Below, piece by piece: positions 48,538 to 58,427 of a DNA stretch of 64,000 nt. A program made the position numbers and the translations under genes. The DNA is from Patescibacteria group bacterium UBA2196 (GTDB taxonomy: Bacteria; Patescibacteriota; Patescibacteriia; UBA2196). The stretch covers positions 17,222 to 81,221 of the forward strand of contig DCVE01000003.1 in assembly GCA_002328025.1 (NCBI GenBank), read 5' to 3'. The notes below the pieces were generated by a model. The model made no database searches. It was not told the origin of the DNA and saw nothing but the letters and a program-made list of their open reading frames with translations. The stretch's first letter is position 1; each line of letters begins with the position of its first letter.

Positions 48538-49485
48538 TTAAAATATAATTTCCCGCGTCAGATCCACCCAATTTTTAACAGTCAAATTTTGCGCCCGAAC
48601 TTTTTCATCCAAACCAATTTTTTGTAAAATTTCTACCACCTTCTGCATCTCAATTTGCAAACCATTGGCCAAATTATTTTTCAACATTTTTCTCTTGGCG
48701 CTAAAACCAATTTTTACTAATCTCATGAATTCTTTGTTTTCATCCCCTCCTTTATAAGGAGGGGTCTCATGCCCTGCTAAGGGCAGAGGGGGAGGTATTT
48801 TTTTAACTTTGAGTTTTATTATCACACTATCCACTTCTGGCGCTGGCCAAAAACAATTTCTAGAAACCTGAGCCACAATTTCACAATCAGCATAAAACTG
48901 ACACAGCACAGACAAAATACTCATCTGACCAACTTTGGTACAAATTCTTTCACCCACTTCTTTTTGCAACATCAAAACCATCAAATCGGGCCGCACCAGT
49001 CTCCCTCTTGATAAGGGAGAGATACAGAGGGTGTCAGTATGTAAAAATTTCCACAAAACTTGGGTGGAAATTGAATAAGGTAAATTGGCAATAATTTTAT
49101 AATTTTTTTGCGCCACCTTCTCCTCTCTCCCCCTTAATAAAGGAGCGAGCGAGAGGGGGTCAATTTTCAAGGCATCTGCGTTAATAATTTCCAGATTATC
49201 CCTAGTTGTCAGTTGTTTTTTATTTAATGTTAAATATTCTGCCAAACGCTTATCTTTTTCTATAACGACCACCTGACCGGCATGTTTAAGTAATTCTTGA
49301 GTTAAAATTCCCAAACCCGGTCCAATTTCTAAAATCAAATCGTCTTCTTTAATTTCTCCAGCAGTAACCACCTTCTGCAAGACATTTTTATCAATCAAAA
49401 AATTTTGCCCCATTTGTCTGCTGGGCTTAACATTTAACTTTTCACAAACTTTTTTAATCTCCGGAGCTGTAAAATTCATAGACAA
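48538..49485 (-). CDS. rsmA: 16S rRNA (adenine1518/1519-N6)-dimethyltransferase with three short in-frame insertions
   Basis: GQNFLIDKNVL, SAM-binding ILEIGPGLG, NLPYSIST, C-terminal FSAKRK. About 315 aa against ~270 typical; the extra peptides coincide with GC-rich palindromic DNA. Confidence 0.85.
   Translation of the reverse strand: MSMNFTAPEIKKVCEKLNVKPSRQMGQNFLIDKNVLQKVVTAGEIKEDDLILEIGPGLGILTQELLKHAGQVVVIEKDKRLAEYLTLNKKQLTTRDNLEIINADALKIDPLSLAPLLRGREEKVAQKNYKIIANLPYSISTQVLWKFLHTDTLCISPLSRGRLVRPDLMVLMLQKEVGERICTKVGQMSILSVLCQFYADCEIVAQVSRNCFWPAPEVDSVIIKLKVKKIPPPLPLAGHETPPYKGGDENKEFMRLVKIGFSAKRKMLKNNLANGLQIEMQKVVEILQKIGLDEKVRAQNLTVKNWVDLTREIIF
48744..48795. repeat. GC-rich palindromic insertion 1 inside rsmA/ksgA
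   Basis: CCCCTCC-TTTATAA-GGAGGGG and GCCCT-GCTA-AGGGC hairpins; encodes PPPLPLAGHETPPYKGG in frame. Confidence 0.5.
48988..49035. repeat. GC-rich palindromic insertion 2 inside rsmA/ksgA
   Basis: TCTCCCT-CTTGATA-AGGGAGA hairpin; encodes ISPLSRGRLVRPD in frame. Confidence 0.5.
49111..49161. repeat. GC-rich insertion 3 inside rsmA/ksgA
   Basis: CTCCTCTCTCCCCCTTAATAAAGGAGCGAGCGAGAGGGGG; encodes DPLSLAPLLRGREEK in frame. Confidence 0.45.
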
Positions 49486-49547
49486 ATTGCTTATTTTATT
49501 TAAATAAAATATACTATAGATAAAATTAAATATTTAATCATACAAAT

Positions 49548-49886
49548 ATGAATTGGCCAATTATTATTCTCATAATTACTCAATTACTTTTTACAACCAG
49601 TGATCTCTTGGCTAGAAATTATATGCCTAAACAGGGTTTTGCATTAACAACTTTTTTAAGTAGTTGGTTTCTAGCATATTTTTTTATAAGAATTATTGCC
49701 ATGTTCGGCCAACTTTATGTTTTTACCCACATAGAGCTAGGCAAAACCATGGCTCTCTTTGGTGCTGTTTCAATTATTTTGGCTAATCTTTTAGGTTTTT
49801 TATTATTAAAAGAATCTATGTCTGTTGGTGCCTACATAGGTATAATGCTAGCAGTTAGTGCTTTTATTGTTTTGGCATTAAATTAA
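49548..49886 (+). CDS. small four-TM membrane protein (DMT/EamA- or SMR-like)
   Basis: 112 aa, four hydrophobic helices. Confidence 0.45.
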   Translation: MNWPIIILIITQLLFTTSDLLARNYMPKQGFALTTFLSSWFLAYFFIRIIAMFGQLYVFTHIELGKTMALFGAVSIILANLLGFLLLKESMSVGAYIGIMLAVSAFIVLALN

Positions 49887-49890
49887 AAAT

Positions 49891-50565
49891 TTAAAATTTT
49901 ATCTCTATTTCTCCTTGTCTTAAAATCTTTACTTCTTTACCTTCAACCTTTACAATGGTTGAGGGTTTTTTGGTTTTTAATTTGCCAGCATCTAAAATAA
50001 AATCTGGTTTAAATTTTCTGTTTTTAAATTGATTAAACACCGCTCGACCGCTTAGACATTCTTTTTTACCAGACAAATTTGCCGAAGCTGAAGTAATAAG
50101 ACCACCACATTCTTTTGCCAATTCCCGCATTACTTTATTACCAGATACTCTCACTGCCACGCCGTTATCACCTCCCTCTAACGGGGATGAAACATTGTAA
50201 ATATTAGATTGATTACAAACTTTTATTTTTGCCTTTTGACTTTTTTCTTTTATTCTTAACACTATTGTTAAAGCTCCTGGCCAATATTTCTCCGCTAACT
50301 CCCTCTCTTTTTTATTTAACTTAAATTTTTTTTTGACAGTTACATAACTATCAGCGATCAAAAGCAAAAGTTTTTTAAAATTTCTGCCTTTAATTTTATA
50401 AATTTTTTCAACCGCTTTTTGATTACTAGGGTCGCAGGAAAAACCATAAACCGTTTCTGTGGCCACAGCAATTACCGCGCCGACTTTTAATTCATCCGCA
50501 ACTTTTTTAAAATTTAAATTTTTCACCAATAATGTTTTCATAAGTACAGTTTTAGAAATAGACAA
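49891..50565 (-). CDS. tsaC: L-threonylcarbamoyladenylate synthase (YrdC/Sua5 family)
   Basis: AVIAVATETVYGFSCDPSNQKAVEKIYKIKGR matches the YrdC signature. Confidence 0.85.
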   Translation of the reverse strand: MSISKTVLMKTLLVKNLNFKKVADELKVGAVIAVATETVYGFSCDPSNQKAVEKIYKIKGRNFKKLLLLIADSYVTVKKKFKLNKKERELAEKYWPGALTIVLRIKEKSQKAKIKVCNQSNIYNVSSPLEGGDNGVAVRVSGNKVMRELAKECGGLITSASANLSGKKECLSGRAVFNQFKNRKFKPDFILDAGKLKTKKPSTIVKVEGKEVKILRQGEIEIKF

Positions 50566-50619
50566 GCGTACCAGCCTGCCTATTTTTTAAATTAAAAACT
50601 AACAAACCCAACTCTCATA

Positions 50620-53600
50620 TTATGGAGTGGTACCGTAACAGACGGCCTGAGAAACTGAATCTGGCGTGCCCCAACAAGTCAACAAACTCGCCATGTCACC
50701 AGATTCAATTATACTATCACCCGCCGCCACAGGAAAAATATCTAAACTTTTGGTTGCATCACACATAGCGTGCTTATAATTTATAATGCCAGTTGTTTTT
50801 CGCCAAAAAGATAATAAAATACCAAAATCAATTATATCAATCCGACCATCGCAGTTAAAATCCGCTTTCATAACTGGCGGTACCCAACAAATATCAGCCC
50901 CTTCCACACTGACTAGATAGCTATTATAACTCAAATTATTGGCATTATCTTCAAAGACCACATAAATACCTTGATTTCTGGCTGCTGTGGGTATGGGATT
51001 GGTTGACTTCTTACCCTGATTATTATTACTTTCAGTTGGAGTTAAACGGAACGCTGCTTCTCCACTGTAAACACCACTTTGATCCACGGTAAAATAATAG
51101 CCAAAATGACCACAATCTTGCGGACAGTATAGTTTGTTAACTATACCATTTTCAAAATGTTCAAAATCATAGTCACACACATTATCACCACAGTTGGCTG
51201 CGGTATTTGTACCTTCACCTTCCCCAATATTAGGTTTTAGATTAGTACCAGCAAAAGTTACGTAAGAAATATTACGTGCATCAACAACCGTTTCTACATT
51301 TAAATTATCACCATCATCAATCAAGCTAACTTCCGTACCAAAATTATAAGCGCCCAATCTTTCACCACCATTTACACTAGTACCTAAATTTCCATAAAAT
51401 AAATAACCATGGTGTGGATTACTTGGATTATCAACATTTCCTGGCTGTGCCACATACACAATATCATTTGTAGTTTTATTAATATTTAAACTTGTAAAAT
51501 CACTAGTCGCTTGCCAGCCCAATCCTTGAGTCACGCGGTTAACCGCATCAAAAGAATGGCTGGTAAAATTATATTTTCTATAATAAGCACCTTCTGGAAA
51601 ATGAGACCAAGAAAAATGTACACCGCCCTGGCCATCTGCAACAATGCCTCCCTGACGCGTTCCTTTATCGTCACTGTCTGGAACACTGTCAACCTTTATT
51701 AATTGCTGACCACTAAAAACCCGCACATCCTCATCAATACCAAAATAAAGATAAGAAATGTGAGGCAGGTGTTGGAAAGAAACGTGTACTTGTCCAGATG
51801 CGCTAACAGCTATTCTTGGCTTTTCAAGTTCTCTGGTATTGTCTGTATTAATATACAACGGGCGACCATTGGCCCAAGCCACTGTGTTATTAATAATTCT
51901 ATTATACATAATTTGTTGGCCACCACTAACCAACTGTGACCAAACAATGTGTGAATTATTATTTCCATCAACAGCAATTCTTGTGTCAGCTCCGTTACCC
52001 AAAAGAATGGGTGTTCCCAATCCAGCACAAGTATATTTAACATACCAAACCTCACAAGAAACTAATTCTCCGGTGTTATTCTTTATTCTACAATTTTTAT
52101 CATAAGCTATGTGCACATTACCTTGCCTATCGGTTGCGGCCGAAGGGTTGCGCGAACCAGTAGCAATCAAAACAGGGGTGCCCACACTACCAGGACCGCC
52201 GCCGGCACAACCAGTGTCAACGACACATTGAGTTGTTTGACAACCAACCGGACAACCGCTTCTGGTTTGTGCCCTCTGAGTCGCGCTACAACCACTAGTT
52301 CCACAACTGCTCGCAGGTTGCCAGACACCACAAGTGCTGCAATTAACACCAGTTCCGCCACTACAAGTTAATTTAAAATTAGAAAAAGTAATACTCGGCA
52401 CCGTGCCATAATCAGATCTGCCCAGACGCAAATAGGGTAATATTGGATTATACTCTTTTCCACTAGCAGAATAATCATATTGCCCAATTTGGTAATAATT
52501 ACTAGTTGGGCTTGTCCTAAAATAATAAATCATCTGACCATTACCCCAAACTATCCGAAAGCCATAGGTTTGCGATGCATTCCAATTATAAGCCACAGCG
52601 GTTGTTGAATCACCACTGATTGAGTTTGAACTAAAGTCAAAAGTCCCTTCAAAATTATCATGTGTTGCAGTACCAACTATATTACCGTCCACACCATCAA
52701 TAGTATTATTTACTTTCAACCTAGGTCTCATTTTACCAGTATAAGCACCAGCACCTTTTGCATCACCAAAAATCATTAATAAAGACTTTGATCGATTATT
52801 ATAAACCGCATTGTTGGCGACATTATCAGAATCGGCGTTATCCCACATGGTAAAAATATCGTAAGTCTCGCCAGTTAATTTGGCGTCTTCAAGACCACGA
52901 ATTTCAAATTCTAATTGACCACTTTCAAAAGGTTGCGTAAAATGATATTCAATATAATTACTAGCAGCCGTAGTTGTCCAACCATTAGTAGAAAAATTGC
53001 CACCACTCACAACCATCCCACTGCCAGGATTACTGGTTAGAGGGGTGTCAACAGATACACCACCATTACAATTACCCACGCCACTCAACTGATCGGAACC
53101 ACATTGTTGTGCTGCAATACCGATATCTGTCACCAGCTGTCGACCATTAGTACCCAAATTATCTCTCAAATTTTTGCCATTTTTTAAATCTAGACCAGCA
53201 AGATTATGAAAAATCCAACCAGCCGCACCAGCCTCACAAGCACTTCTAACTGCCTGAATAAAATGAGTGGCATTTGAATCATCGGGATACACCTGTTCTT
53301 CCTGCAAATAAATTGGCTTATTGACATTAATACTGTTTAAATAATTTTTTACTAAATTGATGCGATTCGCCGTTGCAGAATACCAATCACTACTTCGATC
53401 AAAATGTGGGGTTAAAAAATCAACCGCAAAGGGCGGCGACACCTCTTCGTTAATTGCTGTTCGATTAAGAGAAGTTAGAGTATTACCATCAACAATATGA
53501 CGACTAGTGCCGGAAACGGTTAACTTACGACTGGAATCAGCATTTCTTACAGCCTCCACAATCGGTAATAACGCAATATGCTGCAAAGGGTAAAAATAGG

Positions 53601-54312
53601 CACTACTGGAACCACCGGTGTTATCATGCTCATTATAAATATCAAAAATAACATTATCATAAGTTGATAAAGCCGCAGCAATACGAGAAGCGGCTAACTC
53701 TAATTCGTGCGGATCGGGGTTTTGTGTCGTACCATTCAAATCACCATAAAACGAAGGATTGGTGTCTAAAATTGTAACATCTACAATCATAGCCCTCTCG
53801 GCTGCTCTTTCAATAATAAATCGCAATTTGTTAATAAAACCGTTCAAAGTGGCATCCAGATTATAGACCGTACTGTTGCGATCGCGTATGGAAGAATAAA
53901 TATTTTCTGCCTTATTCTGGGCACTCCAATCCGCCCAAACACGGATTAAATTATAGTGATTGCTAGCCAAAAAATTCAAATCAGCGATTATGTTTTCTTC
54001 TGTTTCATTAATGGCATCGAACAATGATATTCCCAACAAAAAAGTTGGTGAACCGTTGATAATAAAATCATCCCCAGAAATAGAAAAATTTTCAATGCTA
54101 CTTTGCGCCATTTTGACACTATATTCTCCGGCTACTTCTCCGGTTGGAGGTACATAAAAAATTTTAGACACTTCTTCGGTTATACCACTTTGCGCTGCCA
54201 CAAGATTACCAATAAACACAAAGACAACAATCAATAAAAATGATTTTATCCAAAAGAAATAATTCATTTTTTTTAATCTATTTTTTATTTTTTCACTTAG
54301 TTTCATAATCAT
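50620..54312 (-). CDS. giant (1230 aa) secreted protein with possible clan GH-A TIM-barrel domain and C-terminal dockerin-like module
   Basis: signal peptide; N-terminal ~400 aa with NLIRVWADW...DIYNEHD resembling GH5/GH-A motifs (weak); C-terminus ADFNCDGRIDIIDFGILLSFWRK plus a second D..S.I...D.A.LL.CW repeat (dockerin-like, 50650-50870). Confidence 0.55.
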   Translation of the reverse strand: MIMKLSEKIKNRLKKMNYFFWIKSFLLIVVFVFIGNLVAAQSGITEEVSKIFYVPPTGEVAGEYSVKMAQSSIENFSISGDDFIINGSPTFLLGISLFDAINETEENIIADLNFLASNHYNLIRVWADWSAQNKAENIYSSIRDRNSTVYNLDATLNGFINKLRFIIERAAERAMIVDVTILDTNPSFYGDLNGTTQNPDPHELELAASRIAAALSTYDNVIFDIYNEHDNTGGSSSAYFYPLQHIALLPIVEAVRNADSSRKLTVSGTSRHIVDGNTLTSLNRTAINEEVSPPFAVDFLTPHFDRSSDWYSATANRINLVKNYLNSINVNKPIYLQEEQVYPDDSNATHFIQAVRSACEAGAAGWIFHNLAGLDLKNGKNLRDNLGTNGRQLVTDIGIAAQQCGSDQLSGVGNCNGGVSVDTPLTSNPGSGMVVSGGNFSTNGWTTTAASNYIEYHFTQPFESGQLEFEIRGLEDAKLTGETYDIFTMWDNADSDNVANNAVYNNRSKSLLMIFGDAKGAGAYTGKMRPRLKVNNTIDGVDGNIVGTATHDNFEGTFDFSSNSISGDSTTAVAYNWNASQTYGFRIVWGNGQMIYYFRTSPTSNYYQIGQYDYSASGKEYNPILPYLRLGRSDYGTVPSITFSNFKLTCSGGTGVNCSTCGVWQPASSCGTSGCSATQRAQTRSGCPVGCQTTQCVVDTGCAGGGPGSVGTPVLIATGSRNPSAATDRQGNVHIAYDKNCRIKNNTGELVSCEVWYVKYTCAGLGTPILLGNGADTRIAVDGNNNSHIVWSQLVSGGQQIMYNRIINNTVAWANGRPLYINTDNTRELEKPRIAVSASGQVHVSFQHLPHISYLYFGIDEDVRVFSGQQLIKVDSVPDSDDKGTRQGGIVADGQGGVHFSWSHFPEGAYYRKYNFTSHSFDAVNRVTQGLGWQATSDFTSLNINKTTNDIVYVAQPGNVDNPSNPHHGYLFYGNLGTSVNGGERLGAYNFGTEVSLIDDGDNLNVETVVDARNISYVTFAGTNLKPNIGEGEGTNTAANCGDNVCDYDFEHFENGIVNKLYCPQDCGHFGYYFTVDQSGVYSGEAAFRLTPTESNNNQGKKSTNPIPTAARNQGIYVVFEDNANNLSYNSYLVSVEGADICWVPPVMKADFNCDGRIDIIDFGILLSFWRKTTGIINYKHAMCDATKSLDIFPVAAGDSIIESGDMASLLTCWGTPDSVSQAVCYGTTP

Positions 54313-54325
54313 TAATCATAGCAAA

Positions 54326-57300
54326 TTAAAAACCAAAATCATACAGGTCAGTCCCGCGTTGATTCATAGTGCTTTTAAAAACGATGCGACTGCCTTGCCA
54401 ATTGACAGAAAAATCTGGTTGAGCAATCAACAAAGACCCCATGGCTGGTAAAAATCCACTCCGATTGTGTATTAAACGCCTGACACCACCCGACCCATCC
54501 GTGTTAACCGCAAAAATCTCAAAGGACATCGGATACCATTCCGAAGGATTGATTAAACTTAAATTAGAAAACGAAGACACAAAAATATTTTGATAATGGT
54601 TAGTTTGCCAATTAGGAGCTGAAAATACCACCTTTTCGGAACCGGTTCGGTGTAATAATAAAGTTACTACGCGACTACTTGAATTAAGTGTAATCTTAAT
54701 AATATCAGCCTGATTGGTTATACCGCTCATGGGGTGAATGGATAAATAATAATTACCAGCTGTGGTAAACATAACTTCTGTGCCAGTTGTATCAAGACCA
54801 GTTTCAAAATTAACTGCTTCGCTGTGCATTTGACGAATAAAATTCATATTCTCACTAAATAACTCTACACCATAATTGCGCTCTTCACGATCATTTTTAC
54901 GCCACTGGACAATCACAAAATTACCACCCGCCGAAATGGTATGACCAGCCACACCTTGAGTTGCATCATTAAACTGGCTGACAGTCCACGAACTGGTCGG
55001 GATATAATTTATATCATTTACAAAATCATATACAAAAATAAATATGTTTCCACCCAAAGTACCAGTCAAACTAGCTCGGCTACGACTGTCATTTAAATCG
55101 CCACCAGTTCCCCAACTTACTTCAGTATATGTACCGCTAAAATCTCTGACCAAAGTGCAAACTAAAGTAGTGACATTGCAACGTTGTATTGTTTGACCAT
55201 TTACTTTATAAACAAAATTAGAATCATTGGTCCATCGTATCTGAGCTTCGGGTAAAACTGTCTCCAATAAACCCAAATCTGTCCCGTCACTTCTAAACAA
55301 ACGCGTACCATCGTGTCGCCGCGCATAAAACATTGAACCATCGCTGTTCCAGTGCGCCACCGCGCTATAATTTAATGAAACACCCGTATCACTGCCACCA
55401 GTATCTACACCGGCCGCGCCAGTTAAGCGATTAACCTGTGTTCCAAAAACCGTATCACAATAATTTCCCCCCACCAGTGGTGGTAAGGCCTGTGCATCAA
55501 GCATATTTAAAACACCGCTTGAAAATTGGTTTGCAACATTGGCTGCACAAACACCGGCACTTACTTGACAAGCAGTGGCAGCTGCATTTCTTTCGTAACC
55601 CAAAAAACATTGCCAAGACTGACAATCTGCAGCACACACCGCATTGGCTGGTGTTCCACTAATAATCGCACTGCTATCACATTGTTCTTGATCGGCAGTA
55701 AAAATTCCATCACCACAAGATGTTGCTGTGATCGTAGTATTACTAATCAGACAGCTGCCGCTTGTTGGTGTACCCCAACAATTAAGTAAACGAGCAAAAT
55801 CGCTTTCATTAATAACACCATCGCCCGTTGCGCTGGTTGTATCAAGACCAATCGGTGCAATATCTAAATTTTTATGTTCATCACCACAACCATTATTTAA
55901 ATAATTTTTTATACCATCAGTTGTAACTTTTTTCCAATAAGAAAGCAAAATACCAAAATCTTTTATATCCACTACCCTGTCGCAATTAAAATCTGCCACA
56001 ATGCTTTGGGCTGGAGGTGGGGGTGGCGTAACAGAATTACCAGTAAAAACAAATTTTATAACATCCGCAATTACTGTACCATTGGCACTATTAGCAAAAA
56101 TTTTTACATAACTACGCGTACTGCTTGTACTTCGTGGAAAGTAATAACTAACTGTACCAAGACGATTCCATTGGCCCGCGTTAACACTCTGATTAATAGT
56201 ACCACTTGCCACAACCGAACCACCGCTATTAATCTCATATGGCACGTTGGTAGCTTCAGTAACTGTATTGGCTGTATTACCACGCCAGCCATGCCATTCA
56301 TAAACATCATAATTGCCAGCCACGCCAATTGTGGGCTTAAAAGTCGCTGTTGCACCAGAACTACCGTCTGTATAAAAAGCACCATAACCTTCAAAGCTCG
56401 CTTGTGGGTATCTCCACCCACTGGTATCAGGATCGCCGTAGTCCCACTGGCTCCAATATGGATTACTATCATTCTCCGGCTCTTTATCCCAATTACCAGT
56501 CAACTGAACTGGCTCACTCCCTGGCGAAGTGTCGTTATTAGGATAATTACCAACCATAATATCAGAAACAACATTATAATCTCGGGTGGTAAAAAGTAAT
56601 ATACCATCACCAGTATCATCGTCGTCTCTAGCAGAATTTGTTCCCAGAGTTCCACTCAATGTAACGCTGGTAAAAGTCGAACCATTATTAAAATTTGGAT
56701 CCTGCCCACCCCGAAAACGATAATATGTTGTTCCTGGGGTATAGCCAGACAAAGCAGCAATCTCGCTTTGAGTAATTGTTTGATTAATAAAAGTCGGATT
56801 AACAATAACCAATCCATTATCAAAAAAACGCGCAGTAACACATCGGTGTCCATTGGTTTCAGAACAATGTCCAGTTAATTCTTGTGGGGCACCTTTTGGA
56901 TAACCCAAATTAGTTTCATATTCGTCATACCACAAACCTAATTGAAACCACGAGCCAAAATTCCGACCATAAAAGGCATTGCCCATCAAAGCTGTGGCTA
57001 AACCATATCGCATATCACTAAACCTATCCTTCCAATATCTCCAATAATTTTCGGACATAGCCTCCACTGCTTTTAATGCCCCGTCTTGAGCAACAACATA
57101 TTTATCATCGCGATCCCATAATCGTAATTTACTGTAATAATTTGGCCAACTATATTGACCCAGAATTCCATACTCTAGAAAAAAACCTTGATTCCAAACA
57201 ACAGTTGAATCTCCTGGAAAACTATTGCCGTTGTTTGCTATAACAATTGTTTTGGCTCCCCCTTTTAAAGCAGATAATTTTTGATTTTCATAATTCCACA

Positions 57301-58363
57301 TATACTGTAAACCCTGATGCCACTGATCACTAATCCAATTAAGACCGTGTTCGTCATAATCTCTTTTCCAATTTAAATCAAAATCAACATTATTAGCCAA
57401 ACTAACTTCACCACCTTCACTATTTAACGGCCAATCAGTTCGATAGGTTGCATAATGCGAACCATCATAAGGCGCAAAATTGGTTGCATCAACAACGGCC
57501 AATCTATCGTGATCAATAAAATATCTAGCTGCTTCTTGACCACTATAAGGATTGGCTGGAGTAATGTTTGGTACCCAATCAGCAGCTTTAATTGGTTGAC
57601 GTAAATATGAACCCGCTGGGTGATGACCATCAATGCCGCTAAGTTCAACCAAAACACTATTTGTTTCATCAACAGAACCATAAGAAATACGATCTGGCTT
57701 ATAACTGCCAAGGTCGGGTATGTTTCTATTATTGACAACAAAAAAACTTGAGCCATTGCTGGCATATGGAAAATTATTTGTATCAGGCGGAACCGACCAA
57801 CGTGGAAAACCATCACCAATAGTATTTTTGACCCTAACACTATAACTTGCGGGTGTTAGATCTTCGGCTAATTGTGGATCAAAATAACGAAACGTGTGAT
57901 ATTGAAAATTGCTATTACTAGACATCATATCTTGTAGTGTTGCCAAAAGAATCATGTTAGGATTAGCCCGCTTAATGGCCGGAGCGCATCTTGCATCAGT
58001 ACTAAAATTTAGACCGACCATGTCAAACTTGGAACGAAACTGACTACAACCAGTAGGATGTGCTTCATTCTTTGGCCAAAAAAAAGCCACTCGCGGATAA
58101 GGTGGGTTCCATTTAGGATCTATTGTCTGCGTTATCTGGACTGTAAATTCACCAGCCACCGCGCCGCTATCAAATGCGTAAAATTTATTATACAAAATTT
58201 GACTGACTAAATTAGTAACCTTAAAAAAACTCAGCCAACTTAAACCAAAAAAAATAAAAAGCGCCGTTAAGACAGCGGCACTTAAAAAAAAATTTATACC
58301 AAAAACTTTTGCAGTTTTTTTCTTTCTGCTGGCCTTTTTACTTCTGTTGATAATTCTAATCAT
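54326..58363 (-). CDS. giant (1345 aa) secreted paralog with internal dockerin-like module
   Basis: N-terminus similar to the 1230-aa neighbour; ADFNCDRVVDIKDFGILLSYWKK...ATGDGVINESDFARLLNCW at about 55760-56000; C-terminal ~480 aa beta-rich. Confidence 0.55.
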   Translation of the reverse strand: MIRIINRSKKASRKKKTAKVFGINFFLSAAVLTALFIFFGLSWLSFFKVTNLVSQILYNKFYAFDSGAVAGEFTVQITQTIDPKWNPPYPRVAFFWPKNEAHPTGCSQFRSKFDMVGLNFSTDARCAPAIKRANPNMILLATLQDMMSSNSNFQYHTFRYFDPQLAEDLTPASYSVRVKNTIGDGFPRWSVPPDTNNFPYASNGSSFFVVNNRNIPDLGSYKPDRISYGSVDETNSVLVELSGIDGHHPAGSYLRQPIKAADWVPNITPANPYSGQEAARYFIDHDRLAVVDATNFAPYDGSHYATYRTDWPLNSEGGEVSLANNVDFDLNWKRDYDEHGLNWISDQWHQGLQYMWNYENQKLSALKGGAKTIVIANNGNSFPGDSTVVWNQGFFLEYGILGQYSWPNYYSKLRLWDRDDKYVVAQDGALKAVEAMSENYWRYWKDRFSDMRYGLATALMGNAFYGRNFGSWFQLGLWYDEYETNLGYPKGAPQELTGHCSETNGHRCVTARFFDNGLVIVNPTFINQTITQSEIAALSGYTPGTTYYRFRGGQDPNFNNGSTFTSVTLSGTLGTNSARDDDDTGDGILLFTTRDYNVVSDIMVGNYPNNDTSPGSEPVQLTGNWDKEPENDSNPYWSQWDYGDPDTSGWRYPQASFEGYGAFYTDGSSGATATFKPTIGVAGNYDVYEWHGWRGNTANTVTEATNVPYEINSGGSVVASGTINQSVNAGQWNRLGTVSYYFPRSTSSTRSYVKIFANSANGTVIADVIKFVFTGNSVTPPPPPAQSIVADFNCDRVVDIKDFGILLSYWKKVTTDGIKNYLNNGCGDEHKNLDIAPIGLDTTSATGDGVINESDFARLLNCWGTPTSGSCLISNTTITATSCGDGIFTADQEQCDSSAIISGTPANAVCAADCQSWQCFLGYERNAAATACQVSAGVCAANVANQFSSGVLNMLDAQALPPLVGGNYCDTVFGTQVNRLTGAAGVDTGGSDTGVSLNYSAVAHWNSDGSMFYARRHDGTRLFRSDGTDLGLLETVLPEAQIRWTNDSNFVYKVNGQTIQRCNVTTLVCTLVRDFSGTYTEVSWGTGGDLNDSRSRASLTGTLGGNIFIFVYDFVNDINYIPTSSWTVSQFNDATQGVAGHTISAGGNFVIVQWRKNDREERNYGVELFSENMNFIRQMHSEAVNFETGLDTTGTEVMFTTAGNYYLSIHPMSGITNQADIIKITLNSSSRVVTLLLHRTGSEKVVFSAPNWQTNHYQNIFVSSFSNLSLINPSEWYPMSFEIFAVNTDGSGGVRRLIHNRSGFLPAMGSLLIAQPDFSVNWQGSRIVFKSTMNQRGTDLYDFGF

Positions 58364-58427
58364 ACAGCTTTATTATACAACAAAAAACTTACAACTAAAA
58401 GTCAAGTTATAAATTACGCATGTAAAA

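Noticed and set aside
55438-56599. Plus-strand ORFs of 74-197 aa inside the 1345-aa gene, and similar antisense ORFs throughout (e.g. 10772-11149, 9974-10441, 35732-36088, 61616-62014)
   Set aside because: They lie fully antisense to strongly supported long CDSs, have skewed composition and no motifs; they are treated as shadow ORFs
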